Shown in pieces: positions 26,257 through 34,849 of a stretch of DNA of 64,000 bases (positions within the stretch are counted from its first letter, which is position 1; each line of letters opens with the position of its first letter). The position numbers and the translations under genes were made by a program. The notes below the pieces were generated by a model, which worked only from the letters and a program-made list of their open reading frames with translations, had not been told where the DNA came from and made no database searches. Source of the stretch: an uncultured Eubacteriales bacterium. Lineage in GTDB: Bacteria > Actinomycetota > Coriobacteriia > Anaerosomatales > JAAXUF01. The stretch is from assembly GCA_964388455.1 (NCBI GenBank), contig CAYMAN010000005.1:2920-66919 (forward strand), in the 5' to 3' direction.

Positions 26257-26876
26257 CAGGTGTTCTCCTCGCGGGTCCACAGGCCGGACTTGCCGCCTTC
26301 TTTGCGAAGCAGGCAGACGTCTGAGATGACCATGCCTCGGTCAACGGCCTTACACATATCGTACACGGTCAGCGCAGCGACGCTGGCTGCCGTGAGCGCT
26401 TCCATCTCGATGCCGGTCTTGCCGTCGACTTCGACGGTGGCCGTGATGCGGATTCCGGTGCGCGCGCTGAGTGCCGGGCCGTTCGACGGCGCGGGAACGG
26501 CGGAACGCTCCGGCACGAGCTCGACGGCAGCGTGGGTGATGTTGAGCGGGTGGCACATCGGGATGAGCTCGGCGGTGCGCTTGGCGGCCATGATGCCGGC
26601 GATGCGCGCCGTGGCGAGCACGTCGCCTTTGGGTGCCGAGCCGGTCACGATCATCTCGAGGGTGGCAGGTGCCATCGCGATGAAAGCGCCGGCGACGGCC
26701 ACGCGATGGGTGACGGGCTTGTCGGCGACGTCGACCATACGTGCGGCGCCCGTGGCGTCCAAGTGCGTGAGTGCGCCCGGCGCGACGTGGACGGCGGGGT
26801 GCTGCGGGGTGTCGGGCGCGGCGGTGGGGGTGTCGGGTGTGCCCGTGGGGGGCGTGTCGGGGGTCTCGGCGGGCAT
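26256..26876 (-). CDS. moaC: Cyclic pyranopterin monophosphate synthase MoaC with Pro/Thr-rich N-terminal repeat
   Basis: [16 protein letters not shown]...[29 protein letters not shown]...[23 protein letters not shown]. Confidence 0.9.
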   Translation of the reverse strand: MPAETPDTPPTGTPDTPTAAPDTPQHPAVHVAPGALTHLDATGAARMVDVADKPVTHRVAVAGAFIAMAPATLEMIVTGSAPKGDVLATARIAGIMAAKRTAELIPMCHPLNITHAAVELVPERSAVPAPSNGPALSARTGIRITATVEVDGKTGIEMEALTAASVAALTVYDMCKAVDRGMVISDVCLLRKEGGKSGLWTREENT

Positions 26877-26879
26877 GGG

Positions 26880-27913
26880 TCAGCCTCCGATCTGGGACAT
26901 GCGACGGTCGGTTCCGACGCGGTCCTGGTGGTTTTCGGGCTTGTCGTGCAGGCTCTGGCGGATGACGGCGCGGATGTCGTCGTCGGTGCCGGAGCGGAGT
27001 ACAGAGCGCACGTCGAGTTCTGCGTCCGAGAAGAGACACGGACGCAGGCGACCGTCGGCGGTGAGTCTCAGGCGGTTGCATTCACTGCAGAAGTGGTGCG
27101 ACAGCGGCGAGATGACGCCGATGGTCCCGGGCGCGCCGGAGAAGCGGTAGTACTTCGCGGGTCCCCAACCGCCCGGTGCCGAGTCGCGCTCGACGGCGAC
27201 GAGCTCGCCGAGACCGGCAGCGACACCCTCGGCTGAGATGCGGGCGATGACCTCGTCGGACGGCATGGTGTCGTCGCGCGTCCAGCCGTCGGTCTCTACG
27301 CCGCCGTCGGAGTGGCAACCCGCGCCCTCCTCGGCGATTCCGACGGGCATGTACTCGATGAAGCGTACGTGCAGCGGACGATCGAGCGTGAGCTTCGCGA
27401 AGCCGAGCAGGTCCTGCTGAAGCGAGCGGACCACGACGACGTTGAGCTTGATGGGCTTGAAGCCGACGTCGAAGGCCGCGTCGATGCCGGCGAGTGCGTC
27501 GGCGAGCTTGCCTCCGCGGGTGATGCGCTCGTAGACGTCGGGGTCAAGCGAGTCGAGGCTGATGTTGACGCGCTCGAGGCCGGCGTCGCGCAGATCGTGC
27601 GCGAACTTGGGCAGCAGCGTGGCGTTGGTAGTCAACGCGATGGACTCGAGGCCGGTGATGGCGCGGAGGCGACGCACGTGGTCGACGACACCGTGTCGGA
27701 CCAGCGGCTCGCCGCCGGTGAGGCGGATCTTGCCGATGCCTTCACCCACGGCGATTCCGGCGAAGCGTTCGATCTCCTCGAGGGAGAGCATCTCGTCATG
27801 CGGCTTGAAGGCTACGCCCTCGGCGGGCATGCAGTAGACGCATCGCAGGTTGCAGCGATCTGTCAAGGAGATGCGGAGGTAGTCTATGCGGCGACCGAAT
27901 GTGTCTGTGGCCA
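26880..27913 (-). CDS. moaA: GTP 3',8-cyclase MoaA (radical SAM)
   Basis: DTFGRRIDYLRISLTDRCNLRCVYCMP, and C-terminal CSECNRLRLTADGRLRPCL. GTG 27913 follows the mobB TAG directly, with SD GGAGGAG. Confidence 0.9.
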
Positions 27914-28519
27914 CTAGATCTCTCCTCCGTCCGGCGTGGTCCCCGAGGGCACCGTGCTCAGACAGTCCTCGTCGCCTTCGGCTCCTGCGGAACTGCGCGC
28001 GGTACCCCCGGGGACCACGCCTGCCAGGTAGCGGGTGCACACCATATCTGCCACTGCGATTGCATCCTCTAGACCGAACAGCGGGACGCCTTCAGGTGCT
28101 AGATCCGGGTTGTCGGTCACCAAGGCCACTAGCTCCTCCGGGGTGGAGATCAGGGACTCGCTTCTTGCTCGCCTCGATATCTCGATGCGTTGAGTGGCCT
28201 CGCGCTTGAAGCCCTCGGTGAGGAGGATATCGGCGCCAGAGTCAGTGGCGATCGTCGCCAGCTCTGGCAGCGTGTACTCGCGCTCTACTTTTGCGATGAG
28301 ACTGAACTTATCGGGGCTTGAGACCATTGTGGTGACGGCGCCGGCTCGGGCGTGGCGCCAGGAGTCCTTACCGGGGACGTCGATGTCGTAGTCGTGGACG
28401 TGGTGCTTCACGGTGGCTACGCGCACGCCTCGGCTCGAGAGCTCGCGGATGAGCTTCTCGAGGAAGGTGGTCTTGCCGGAGTCGCCCTTGCCGACGATGG
28501 AAACGATCGGAACCGTCAC
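27914..28519 (-). CDS. mobB: Molybdopterin-guanine dinucleotide biosynthesis adapter MobB
   Basis: P-loop IVSIVGKGDSGKTTFLEKLI...VATVKHHVHDYDIDVPGKDSWRH. The GTG start overlaps the upstream TAG as TAGTG. Confidence 0.85.
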   Translation of the reverse strand: MTVPIVSIVGKGDSGKTTFLEKLIRELSSRGVRVATVKHHVHDYDIDVPGKDSWRHARAGAVTTMVSSPDKFSLIAKVEREYTLPELATIATDSGADILLTEGFKREATQRIEISRRARSESLISTPEELVALVTDNPDLAPEGVPLFGLEDAIAVADMVCTRYLAGVVPGGTARSSAGAEGDEDCLSTVPSGTTPDGGEI

Positions 28520-28737
28520 TAGAAGCAGCCGAGATCGCAGTTGTGGACGCGCACTCCGGCCATATCCGCGGCGGTACCGGCGACCTTGTACGGGATGCCG
28601 GTGTCCTCGGCGAACTTGCGAAGCACAGGGCATGTGACCTTTTCGTCGACGGACTTGGCCTTGATGGCGTCCATCATTTCAGGTGTGACCTGCTCGACCC
28701 AGCGGGGATCGTGTGTCTTGGGACCCTTGTCGCTCAT
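28519..28737 (-). CDS. Small conserved-looking protein of unknown function, C-terminal HNCDLGCF
   Basis: 72 aa, translationally coupled on both sides (ATGA with moeA, TAGTG with mobB). Codon usage looks coding. I recognise no family. Confidence 0.5.
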   Translation of the reverse strand: MSDKGPKTHDPRWVEQVTPEMMDAIKAKSVDEKVTCPVLRKFAEDTGIPYKVAGTAADMAGVRVHNCDLGCF

Positions 28738-30044
28738 ACGGTGCCTTCTTCCATGTCGAGCCGGACGCAGTCGACCTGCGTGCCGGCGGGGAACACGCCT
28801 TCGTCCGCGGGGAGGACGACGAAGCAGTTGCCGCGGTGGGCGGCGGTGAGCAACGCCGAGGACTGGCTGTGCGGCAGCGACGCCAGGTAGCCGTCGCCGG
28901 ACGGATCACGCTCGATTCTGCCGCGCAGGTAGTAGCGACGGTCCTGCTTCTTCTTCACGTCATGCGCGAGTCGTGCCACCGTCACCGGCCGATCGATCGC
29001 CGAGAAGCCCATCATGCGACGGAGCGCCGGGCGCACGAAGATCTCGAAGCCGACGTAGGTGCTGGTGGGATTGCCCGGCAGGCCGAAGAACGGCACTCCC
29101 CGGATCGAGCCGAGCGTCTGCGGATTGCCGGGGCGCATCTTGACCTTGGCGAACGCGAGCTCGCCGAGTTCCTCGAGAATCGGCTTCACGAAGTCGAAGT
29201 CGCCCACTGACACGCCGCCGCTGGTCAGGATGAAGTCGCACTCCTCGGCGGCGAGATTGAAGGCGTCGCGCGTGGCATCGAGGTCGTCGAGGACGATCGG
29301 GTAGCGGACGGGAATCGCGCCGGCTGCAAGAACCTGAGCGGCGATCGAGTAGCTGTTGGAGTTGCGGATCTTGCCCGGACCCGGCTTCTCGGCGACCTCG
29401 ACGAGTTCGCTGCCGGTCGAGAGCACGGCGACGCGCGGGCGGCGGCGGACGCTGACGGTGGCGTGGCCGGTCGACGCGAGCAGGCCGATGCCCGCCGGGC
29501 CGAGCACGTCGCCGGCCTCGATGACGACGTCACCGGCGCACACCTCCTCGCCCTGCAGCCGGATGTGCTCGCCCAGGCGCGGCTCGAGCTCGAAAGCGAC
29601 CGTGGAGCCGAGACCACCATCGCCGGCGACCACGCGGGTGCGCTCGACCATCACGACGCTGTCGGCGCCTGAGGGTACGGCGGCACCAGTCATGATGCGG
29701 GCGGCCTCGCCGGGACCGACTTGGATGCCGGCGACGTCGTCGCCGGCGCCGATGTGTGCGATGACGAGCAGCTGGCCGGGGTTCTCGGCGGTAGCGCCTT
29801 CGAGGTCGGCGGCGCGAACGGCGAACCCGTCCATCGCCGAGTTATCGAACGGCGCAACGTCGATGTCGCTCACCGCGTCCTCGGCGAGAACGCGGCCGAG
29901 CGCGTCGAGCAGCGATACCTGCTCGGCGGGCATCGGCGCGATGCGGTCGAAGACGAGCTCGCGCGCCTCCTCGACGGTCATGACCGGAATCGACACGTCG
30001 GAATCCGCGATGGGCCTGGGTGCGGGAGTCGGGGTCGGGCTCAT
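28734..30044 (-). CDS. moeA: Molybdopterin molybdenum/tungsten transferase MoeA
   Basis: ...SDIDVAPFDNSAMDGFAVRA...ILTSGGVSVGDFDFV...FGLPGNPTS... The ATG follows the upstream TGA directly. Confidence 0.9.
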   Translation of the reverse strand: MSPTPTPAPRPIADSDVSIPVMTVEEARELVFDRIAPMPAEQVSLLDALGRVLAEDAVSDIDVAPFDNSAMDGFAVRAADLEGATAENPGQLLVIAHIGAGDDVAGIQVGPGEAARIMTGAAVPSGADSVVMVERTRVVAGDGGLGSTVAFELEPRLGEHIRLQGEEVCAGDVVIEAGDVLGPAGIGLLASTGHATVSVRRRPRVAVLSTGSELVEVAEKPGPGKIRNSNSYSIAAQVLAAGAIPVRYPIVLDDLDATRDAFNLAAEECDFILTSGGVSVGDFDFVKPILEELGELAFAKVKMRPGNPQTLGSIRGVPFFGLPGNPTSTYVGFEIFVRPALRRMMGFSAIDRPVTVARLAHDVKKKQDRRYYLRGRIERDPSGDGYLASLPHSQSSALLTAAHRGNCFVVLPADEGVFPAGTQVDCVRLDMEEGTV

Positions 30045-31481
30045 TCAGTCCTCCTCGGGAGGGGCGAGTACGCGCTGGGGGTGCGTGTAGACGGTGAGTT
30101 TGCCGCCGCGGGCGTAGCCGACAAGCGTGATGCCCAGCTCGGCACCGATCTCTGCCGCAAGGTCGGTGACCGCCGAGCGCGACGCGACGATGGGGACCGC
30201 GGCCTTGGCTGCCTTGACAGCCATCTCGTAGCTGATGCGGCCGGTGGAGATGAGCACGGTGTTGCGCGTGGAGACGCGGTCGAGCCAGGCCCGACCGAGC
30301 AGCTTGTCGAGCGCGTTATGGCGGCCGACGTCCTCGCGGACGAGCGCGAGTTCGCCGCCGAACGCCAGGCCGCACGCGTGCATGCCGCCGGTGTCGCGGT
30401 AGAGCGTGGCGGCGCGCGCCATATCGCCGACGTAGCGATAGAGCTCGTCGGCGGTGACGGTGAGGTCGCCGGTGACCGGCTCGAGACCGCGGGCGTGGCC
30501 GACGCTCGAGAACGTCACGCCCTTCCCGCAGCCGCTGGTCAGGTACCGCGTGCGGTGCACAAGGTCCTCGGGCACGACCTCGTCGCTGGTGACCCAGACG
30601 AAGCCGCGTTTGGCGTCGACGTCGACGGTGCGCAGCGCTTCGCGGTCCTCGAGCAGACCCTCCGAGACGAGGAAGCCTACGGCGAGCTCCTCGAGGTCGC
30701 TGGGCGTGGACTGCGTCGTGGCGACCTCGACGTCGTTGAGGTAGATGGTGACCGGACGCTCGCTGGGCATACCCCGCGAGCGACGCGTGGCGACTTCGAC
30801 GACCTCGATCTTGATGGGGCCGGCGTAGTGATCGCGCTTACTGCCCTGCTTGTCGGGCACCTCAGCGGTCTCGCGCGCCTCGGCGAGGTCGGCGGGGGTG
30901 TTCACGTTCACGAGCGAGCGCAGCTCGGGGTCGACGGCTCGCAGCGCCTCGAGCGGCAACTCGGCGACGCGCAGGGTCGAGATCATGGCGATGATGCGAC
31001 GACGACCGGTGGAGAGCGCAGCACGTGCGGCCGGGAGGCAGGCTTCGACGCGGTAGAGGGCGAGAAGCGGCTCCGGACCCTTCTCGCCGACCGGCAGGAC
31101 GACGTCCACGCCTTCTCGGACATCCCAGAGCGCGCGGATGACGTCGGGTTCGAGGTGCGGCATGTCGGCGGCCACGGCGAGAACCCACTCGTCTCCGGCG
31201 GCGGCCATGGCTGTGGCAAGGCCACCGAGCGGACCCTGGTACGCGACCTCGTCGGAGAGAATGCGGACGTCGGCGGGCAGCCCGGCTTCAGCGAGGGCTT
31301 CGGGACGGTTGGTGACGACGACCGTGTGATCGCAGACGCTTTGCACGACACCGACGACGCGCGACACCAACGGCTCGCCATCGACGGCGAGCAGCGTCTT
31401 GTCGACACCCATGCGCACCGACCGTCCACCGGCCAATACAGCCGCGGTGAGCGGCAGCGACGTGTGAACCCGCTGCGTCAT
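30045..31481 (-). CDS. Fusion protein: MobA (Moco guanylyltransferase) N-terminal domain plus FdhD (FDH sulfurtransferase/accessory) C-terminal domain
   Basis: The N-terminus LTAAVLAGGRSVRMGVDKTLL...GPLGG is MobA-like. The C-terminus ...GGMHACGLA...VGRHNALDKLLG...STGRISYEMAVKAAKAAVPIVASRSAVT is FdhD-like. Confidence 0.8.
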   Translation of the reverse strand: MTQRVHTSLPLTAAVLAGGRSVRMGVDKTLLAVDGEPLVSRVVGVVQSVCDHTVVVTNRPEALAEAGLPADVRILSDEVAYQGPLGGLATAMAAAGDEWVLAVAADMPHLEPDVIRALWDVREGVDVVLPVGEKGPEPLLALYRVEACLPAARAALSTGRRRIIAMISTLRVAELPLEALRAVDPELRSLVNVNTPADLAEARETAEVPDKQGSKRDHYAGPIKIEVVEVATRRSRGMPSERPVTIYLNDVEVATTQSTPSDLEELAVGFLVSEGLLEDREALRTVDVDAKRGFVWVTSDEVVPEDLVHRTRYLTSGCGKGVTFSSVGHARGLEPVTGDLTVTADELYRYVGDMARAATLYRDTGGMHACGLAFGGELALVREDVGRHNALDKLLGRAWLDRVSTRNTVLISTGRISYEMAVKAAKAAVPIVASRSAVTDLAAEIGAELGITLVGYARGGKLTVYTHPQRVLAPPEED

Positions 31482-31589
31482 CTTCCCTTACCCTTCACGG
31501 CCGTAAGCAGCCGATGCTTCGTGGCGAGGCGATGCCTCGATTGTCGCACACACGCGGAATCCGGAGTGCCGGCCCGGGTTCGCGCGTTC

Positions 31590-32708
31590 CTAGTCGGTGA
31601 TGGGTGCCCACCGTACCGCGGTGGCCTTGAAGAGCGCGAGTACCGGAGCTCCCGGCACCAGCCCGAGCTCGTCTGTAGCCGCACGGGACACACTTGCAGC
31701 AAGTCGCAAGCCGTCGGCATCGAGCACCACGTGGTTGCTCGCGCCACGGGGACTCACCGACTCGACTGACGCGCGAACACGGTTGCGCGCCGTCGTCGCC
31801 GGCAGCTCCGCCGTGATCTCGAACAGCATGACGTCCTCGGGGCGCACAGCCAGTCGCACGCGCGCGCCCACAGCCGCCGAGCCCGAAACGAACACCTCGA
31901 CGCCCTGCGCCGCACCCTGCACCGCGATGGTCACAAGCCCCTCGTCGGATGCTGTGACGATTCCGCGCGACGCCTCCTCCATGCCGAGGAACGCGGCGCT
32001 CCAGTCGTCTTCGGGGAGCCCCATCACCTCGTCGGCGGGTCCGCAGGCGACTATGCGGCCGGCGTTCATGATCGCGACCTGGTCGGCGATCACGAGCGCC
32101 TCGTCTTGATCGTGCGTAACGTAGACAACGGTCACGCCCGTCTCGCGCAGGATCGAAGCGAAGTCATGGGTGAGCTGACGCTTCAGCAGCGGGTCGAGGC
32201 TGGCCAGCGGTTCATCGAGCAGCAGCACCTGCGGCTCGACCACGAGCGCTCGGGCCAGCGACACGCGCTGCGCCTCTCCACCGGACAGCGCGAGCGCGCT
32301 GCGCTTCTCGTACCCGGCAAGGCCCACACGCTCGAGCGCGGCCGCAACCCGTGGCCCGCGCTCCGCCCGCGGTACGCCGCGCGCCGCGAGGCCGTACGCG
32401 ACGTTTCCTCCGACCGACCCCTTGAACAGGTACGGCCGCTGGAACACCGCCGCCATCGCAAGATGCCCCGCCCGATCGCCCATGGACACCGGAGCGCCGC
32501 CGAGAAGGATCGTCCCCGCATCAGGTTGCTCGAGAAGTCCGAGCACCGAGAGCAGCGTCGATTTTCCCGACCCACTGGGGCCGATGATCGCGAGCACACT
32601 GCCCGCTGCGACCTCCACCTCCGGGACGTCGAGCAGGAAGCCGCTCCTGGGGAACGTGCGTCGCACTCCGGTCGCTGAGATCGACAGCGGCGTCACTGAC
32701 GCATTCAT
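31590..32708 (-). CDS. tupC: Tungstate/molybdate ABC transporter ATPase with C-terminal TOBE domain
   Basis: Walker A GPSGSGKST, signature LSGGEAQRVSLARAL, Walker B LLLDEPLASLD, and a TOBE-like tail. Confidence 0.75.
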   Translation of the reverse strand: MNASVTPLSISATGVRRTFPRSGFLLDVPEVEVAAGSVLAIIGPSGSGKSTLLSVLGLLEQPDAGTILLGGAPVSMGDRAGHLAMAAVFQRPYLFKGSVGGNVAYGLAARGVPRAERGPRVAAALERVGLAGYEKRSALALSGGEAQRVSLARALVVEPQVLLLDEPLASLDPLLKRQLTHDFASILRETGVTVVYVTHDQDEALVIADQVAIMNAGRIVACGPADEVMGLPEDDWSAAFLGMEEASRGIVTASDEGLVTIAVQGAAQGVEVFVSGSAAVGARVRLAVRPEDVMLFEITAELPATTARNRVRASVESVSPRGASNHVVLDADGLRLAASVSRAATDELGLVPGAPVLALFKATAVRWAPITD

Positions 32709-33418
32709 CGGCTGTCACGCTCCCAGCGGTCGGCCGAAGTCTGGAGCCCTGTGAGAATCACGTTGACGAAGAGCACGATCGCCATGAGGATCGCCGCTAG
32801 GGCCAGGGCCTCACCGTAGCGGCCCATGCGCGTGAACTGCATGATGCCCGTCGTCATGACGCGCGTGTCGCCTTCGAGGTTGCCTCCCACCATCTGCACG
32901 GCACCGACCTCGGAGATGATTGCGCCGAACCCTCCGGCTACAGCAGCGATCAGGCCCATACGGGCTTCCGAGAGCGTGAGAATCGAGCGGCGCCATCGCC
33001 CCGCACCGAGCGAGCGCGCTTGGAGGATGAGCTCTCTGGGCACCGCGGCGACGGATGCGGCGGTGATCGCCATGACAATGGGAATCGCGATCACGACCTG
33101 CGCGATGACCATCGCCTGCTGCGAATACAGCAGCCCCAGATCGCCGAGCGGACCACGGCGCGAGAGCGTCATCGCGACGATCAGGCCGACGACGACCGGC
33201 GGCAGACCCATGCCGGCGTTGAAGATGACCAGCGCGGCACGCCTGCCGATGAAGCGCTTGGTGCCGACCAACAGGCCGACGGGTAGCCCGATGACAAGCG
33301 CGATCAACGTCGCGGTTCCCGACACGCGAACCGACGTGAACACGATCGTCCATACATCGACGGAGCCGGAGGAGAGCATCGCCCACCCCTCGCGCCACGC
33401 GTCCGTGAACAGCTGCAT
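32705..33418 (-). CDS. tupB: Tungstate/molybdate ABC transporter permease
   Basis: Six-TM permease with an EAA-like loop (ARSLGAGRWRRSILTLSEARMGL). Overlaps both neighbours. Confidence 0.75.
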   Translation of the reverse strand: MQLFTDAWREGWAMLSSGSVDVWTIVFTSVRVSGTATLIALVIGLPVGLLVGTKRFIGRRAALVIFNAGMGLPPVVVGLIVAMTLSRRGPLGDLGLLYSQQAMVIAQVVIAIPIVMAITAASVAAVPRELILQARSLGAGRWRRSILTLSEARMGLIAAVAGGFGAIISEVGAVQMVGGNLEGDTRVMTTGIMQFTRMGRYGEALALAAILMAIVLFVNVILTGLQTSADRWERDSR

Positions 33419-33442
33419 CAGGCTACCCGTCCCCGGTTGCTG

Positions 33443-34336
33443 CTACTCGGCGTTCGGGACGAACAGCTGCTGTCCGAACTCCGCCACGCCGTACTCGCCG
33501 ATGACCTTCTGGCCATCAGCCGACAGGATCCAGTCGTTGAACGCCTGTGCGCCGACCTGGTTCTTGGCATCGGTCACCACGATGACGCCGTACTGGTTGA
33601 GCAGTCCCTTGTCCTTCTCGTACAGCACGACCAGGTCGGGATTGGCCTTCTGCGACGACAGGTAGGTGGCACGGTCGACGAGCGTGTAGGCGGCCTTGTC
33701 GTTGGCGACCTTGAGCGTCTCGCCCATGCCCTGACCGGTGGAGAGGTACCACGCGTCCGCATCAGGCGTCGGCGTGGGTGTCACACCGGCGTTCGCCCAG
33801 AGCTTCAGTTCCTTCTTGTGGGTTCCGGAATCGTCGCCACGAGAAACGTATAGTCCCTTGCCGGACTTGCCGGACTTCTGGATTGCGAGCATCGCAGCGG
33901 TGGTATCAGCCGAACCCTTGATCGCAGCAGGATCGGACGCGGGACCCACCAGAACGAAATCGTTGTACATGACGCTCTTGCGCTCGACTCCGAAACCACC
34001 GGCCACGAACTTCTCTTCGTCCGCCTTGGCGTGCACGAGCAGCACGTCTGCGTCCTTGGTCTCGCCCAACTTGAGCGCTTCACCGGTACCGACGGCGATG
34101 ACCTTGACCTTGTACTCAGGATTGGCCTTCTCGAACGCAGGAATCAGCACGTCAAACAGTCCTGAATCCTGTGTCGAGGTTGTTGAGGCCAAGACGACAT
34201 CGCTTGTCGTCGGGGTCTCGGCGGCTATAGGCGCTTCGGCTTTCTGCCCGCAACCCACAAGCGCCAATACCAGTACGACGGCGAGCGAGATGCCCGCCAG
34301 GCGCCTCTTGCGAGGCGCGGCGTTCGGGTGGTGCAT
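33443..34336 (-). CDS. tupA: Tungstate-binding lipoprotein TupA
   Basis: Lipobox LALVGC. TupA-type motifs LASTTSTQDSGLFDVLIPAFEK, VGTGEALKLGETKDADVLLVHA and SRGDDSGTHKKE. Confidence 0.8.
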   Translation of the reverse strand: MHHPNAAPRKRRLAGISLAVVLVLALVGCGQKAEAPIAAETPTTSDVVLASTTSTQDSGLFDVLIPAFEKANPEYKVKVIAVGTGEALKLGETKDADVLLVHAKADEEKFVAGGFGVERKSVMYNDFVLVGPASDPAAIKGSADTTAAMLAIQKSGKSGKGLYVSRGDDSGTHKKELKLWANAGVTPTPTPDADAWYLSTGQGMGETLKVANDKAAYTLVDRATYLSSQKANPDLVVLYEKDKGLLNQYGVIVVTDAKNQVGAQAFNDWILSADGQKVIGEYGVAEFGQQLFVPNAE

Positions 34337-34339
34337 ATG

Positions 34340-34442
34340 AATCCCCTTTCCACCGGGAGGCAGGGCCGTTTCCGTGCCCTACCCTATCGGTCCGGCATCC
34401 TTGGCCCATCATGGGCGGTAGGCGTACCGGACTCGGAGACTT
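34340..34442 (-). ncRNA. Moco/Tuco-riboswitch-like element abutting the tupA start codon
   Basis: AAGUCUCCGAGUCCGG...CCUACC...GGUAGG...CACGGAAACGG...CUGCCUCCCGGUGGAAAGGGGAUUCAUAUG. The 3' block closely resembles the E. coli moaA leader as I recall it (GCCUCCC...UGGAAAGG...AUG). The SD lies inside the conserved GGAAAGG. Confidence 0.7.
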
Positions 34443-34484
34443 TGGCCGCGCGGGTGCGCGACGGATTCCAGCATAGCGCACGAC

Positions 34485-34518
34485 CGCGCCCGGCACAGCA
34501 TCAACTTTTCCGGGCGCG
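34485..34518 (-). terminator. 9-bp GC hairpin downstream of mop
   Basis: CGCGCCCGG-N16-CCGGGCGCG, 9 nt after the mop stop. No clear U-tract follows. Confidence 0.35.
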
Positions 34519-34526
34519 AGTAGTGA

Positions 34527-34733
34527 CTATTCCTTGCCGAGAAGTACGTGGTCGGCCTTGATGATCGCAACGACTTCGTCGCCGACCGCGATGCCCATCT
34601 CTTTGACTGCGTCGACCGTGATAACGGACGTGATCATCTGACCACCGACATCCATCTTTACGAGCGCCTCTACGGCGCCTTCGCGGACTTCGGTGACCGT
34701 TCCCTTCAGTTGGTTGCGCGCGCTGAGCTTCAT
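34527..34733 (-). CDS. mop: Mop/TOBE molybdate-tungstate binding protein (molbindin)
   Basis: 68 aa, MKLSARNQLKGTVTEV...GQMITSVITVDAVKEMGIAVGDEVVAIIKADHVLL. Confidence 0.85.
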   Translation of the reverse strand: MKLSARNQLKGTVTEVREGAVEALVKMDVGGQMITSVITVDAVKEMGIAVGDEVVAIIKADHVLLGKE

Positions 34734-34849
34734 GACAAACCACCTTCCGACGAGTTAGCGGATTCTGCGGGCGCGTCGCAAGGCGCGCCTCACACATGAT
34801 TCATGCCCGCAAGTCGCACTCGTGAACCCGGCGGCGCAACTCGTCGGCT

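Noticed and set aside
25561-27150. 529-aa plus-strand ORF
   Set aside because: It is antisense to the MOSC, moaC and moaA genes. It has an Ala/Gly/Arg-rich composition and no motifs.
31482-31589. Possible third Moco riboswitch between tupC and mobA-fdhD
   Set aside because: It lacks the CUCCGAG, GCCUCCC and GGAAAGG blocks. Only a small hairpin (CGAGGC-AUC-GCCUCG) is present.
29721-31769. 682-aa plus-strand ORF
   Set aside because: It is antisense to moeA and the mobA-fdhD fusion, which carry clear family motifs. Its translation is Arg/Gly/Asp/His-rich with no motifs, which is a typical high-GC antisense artefact.
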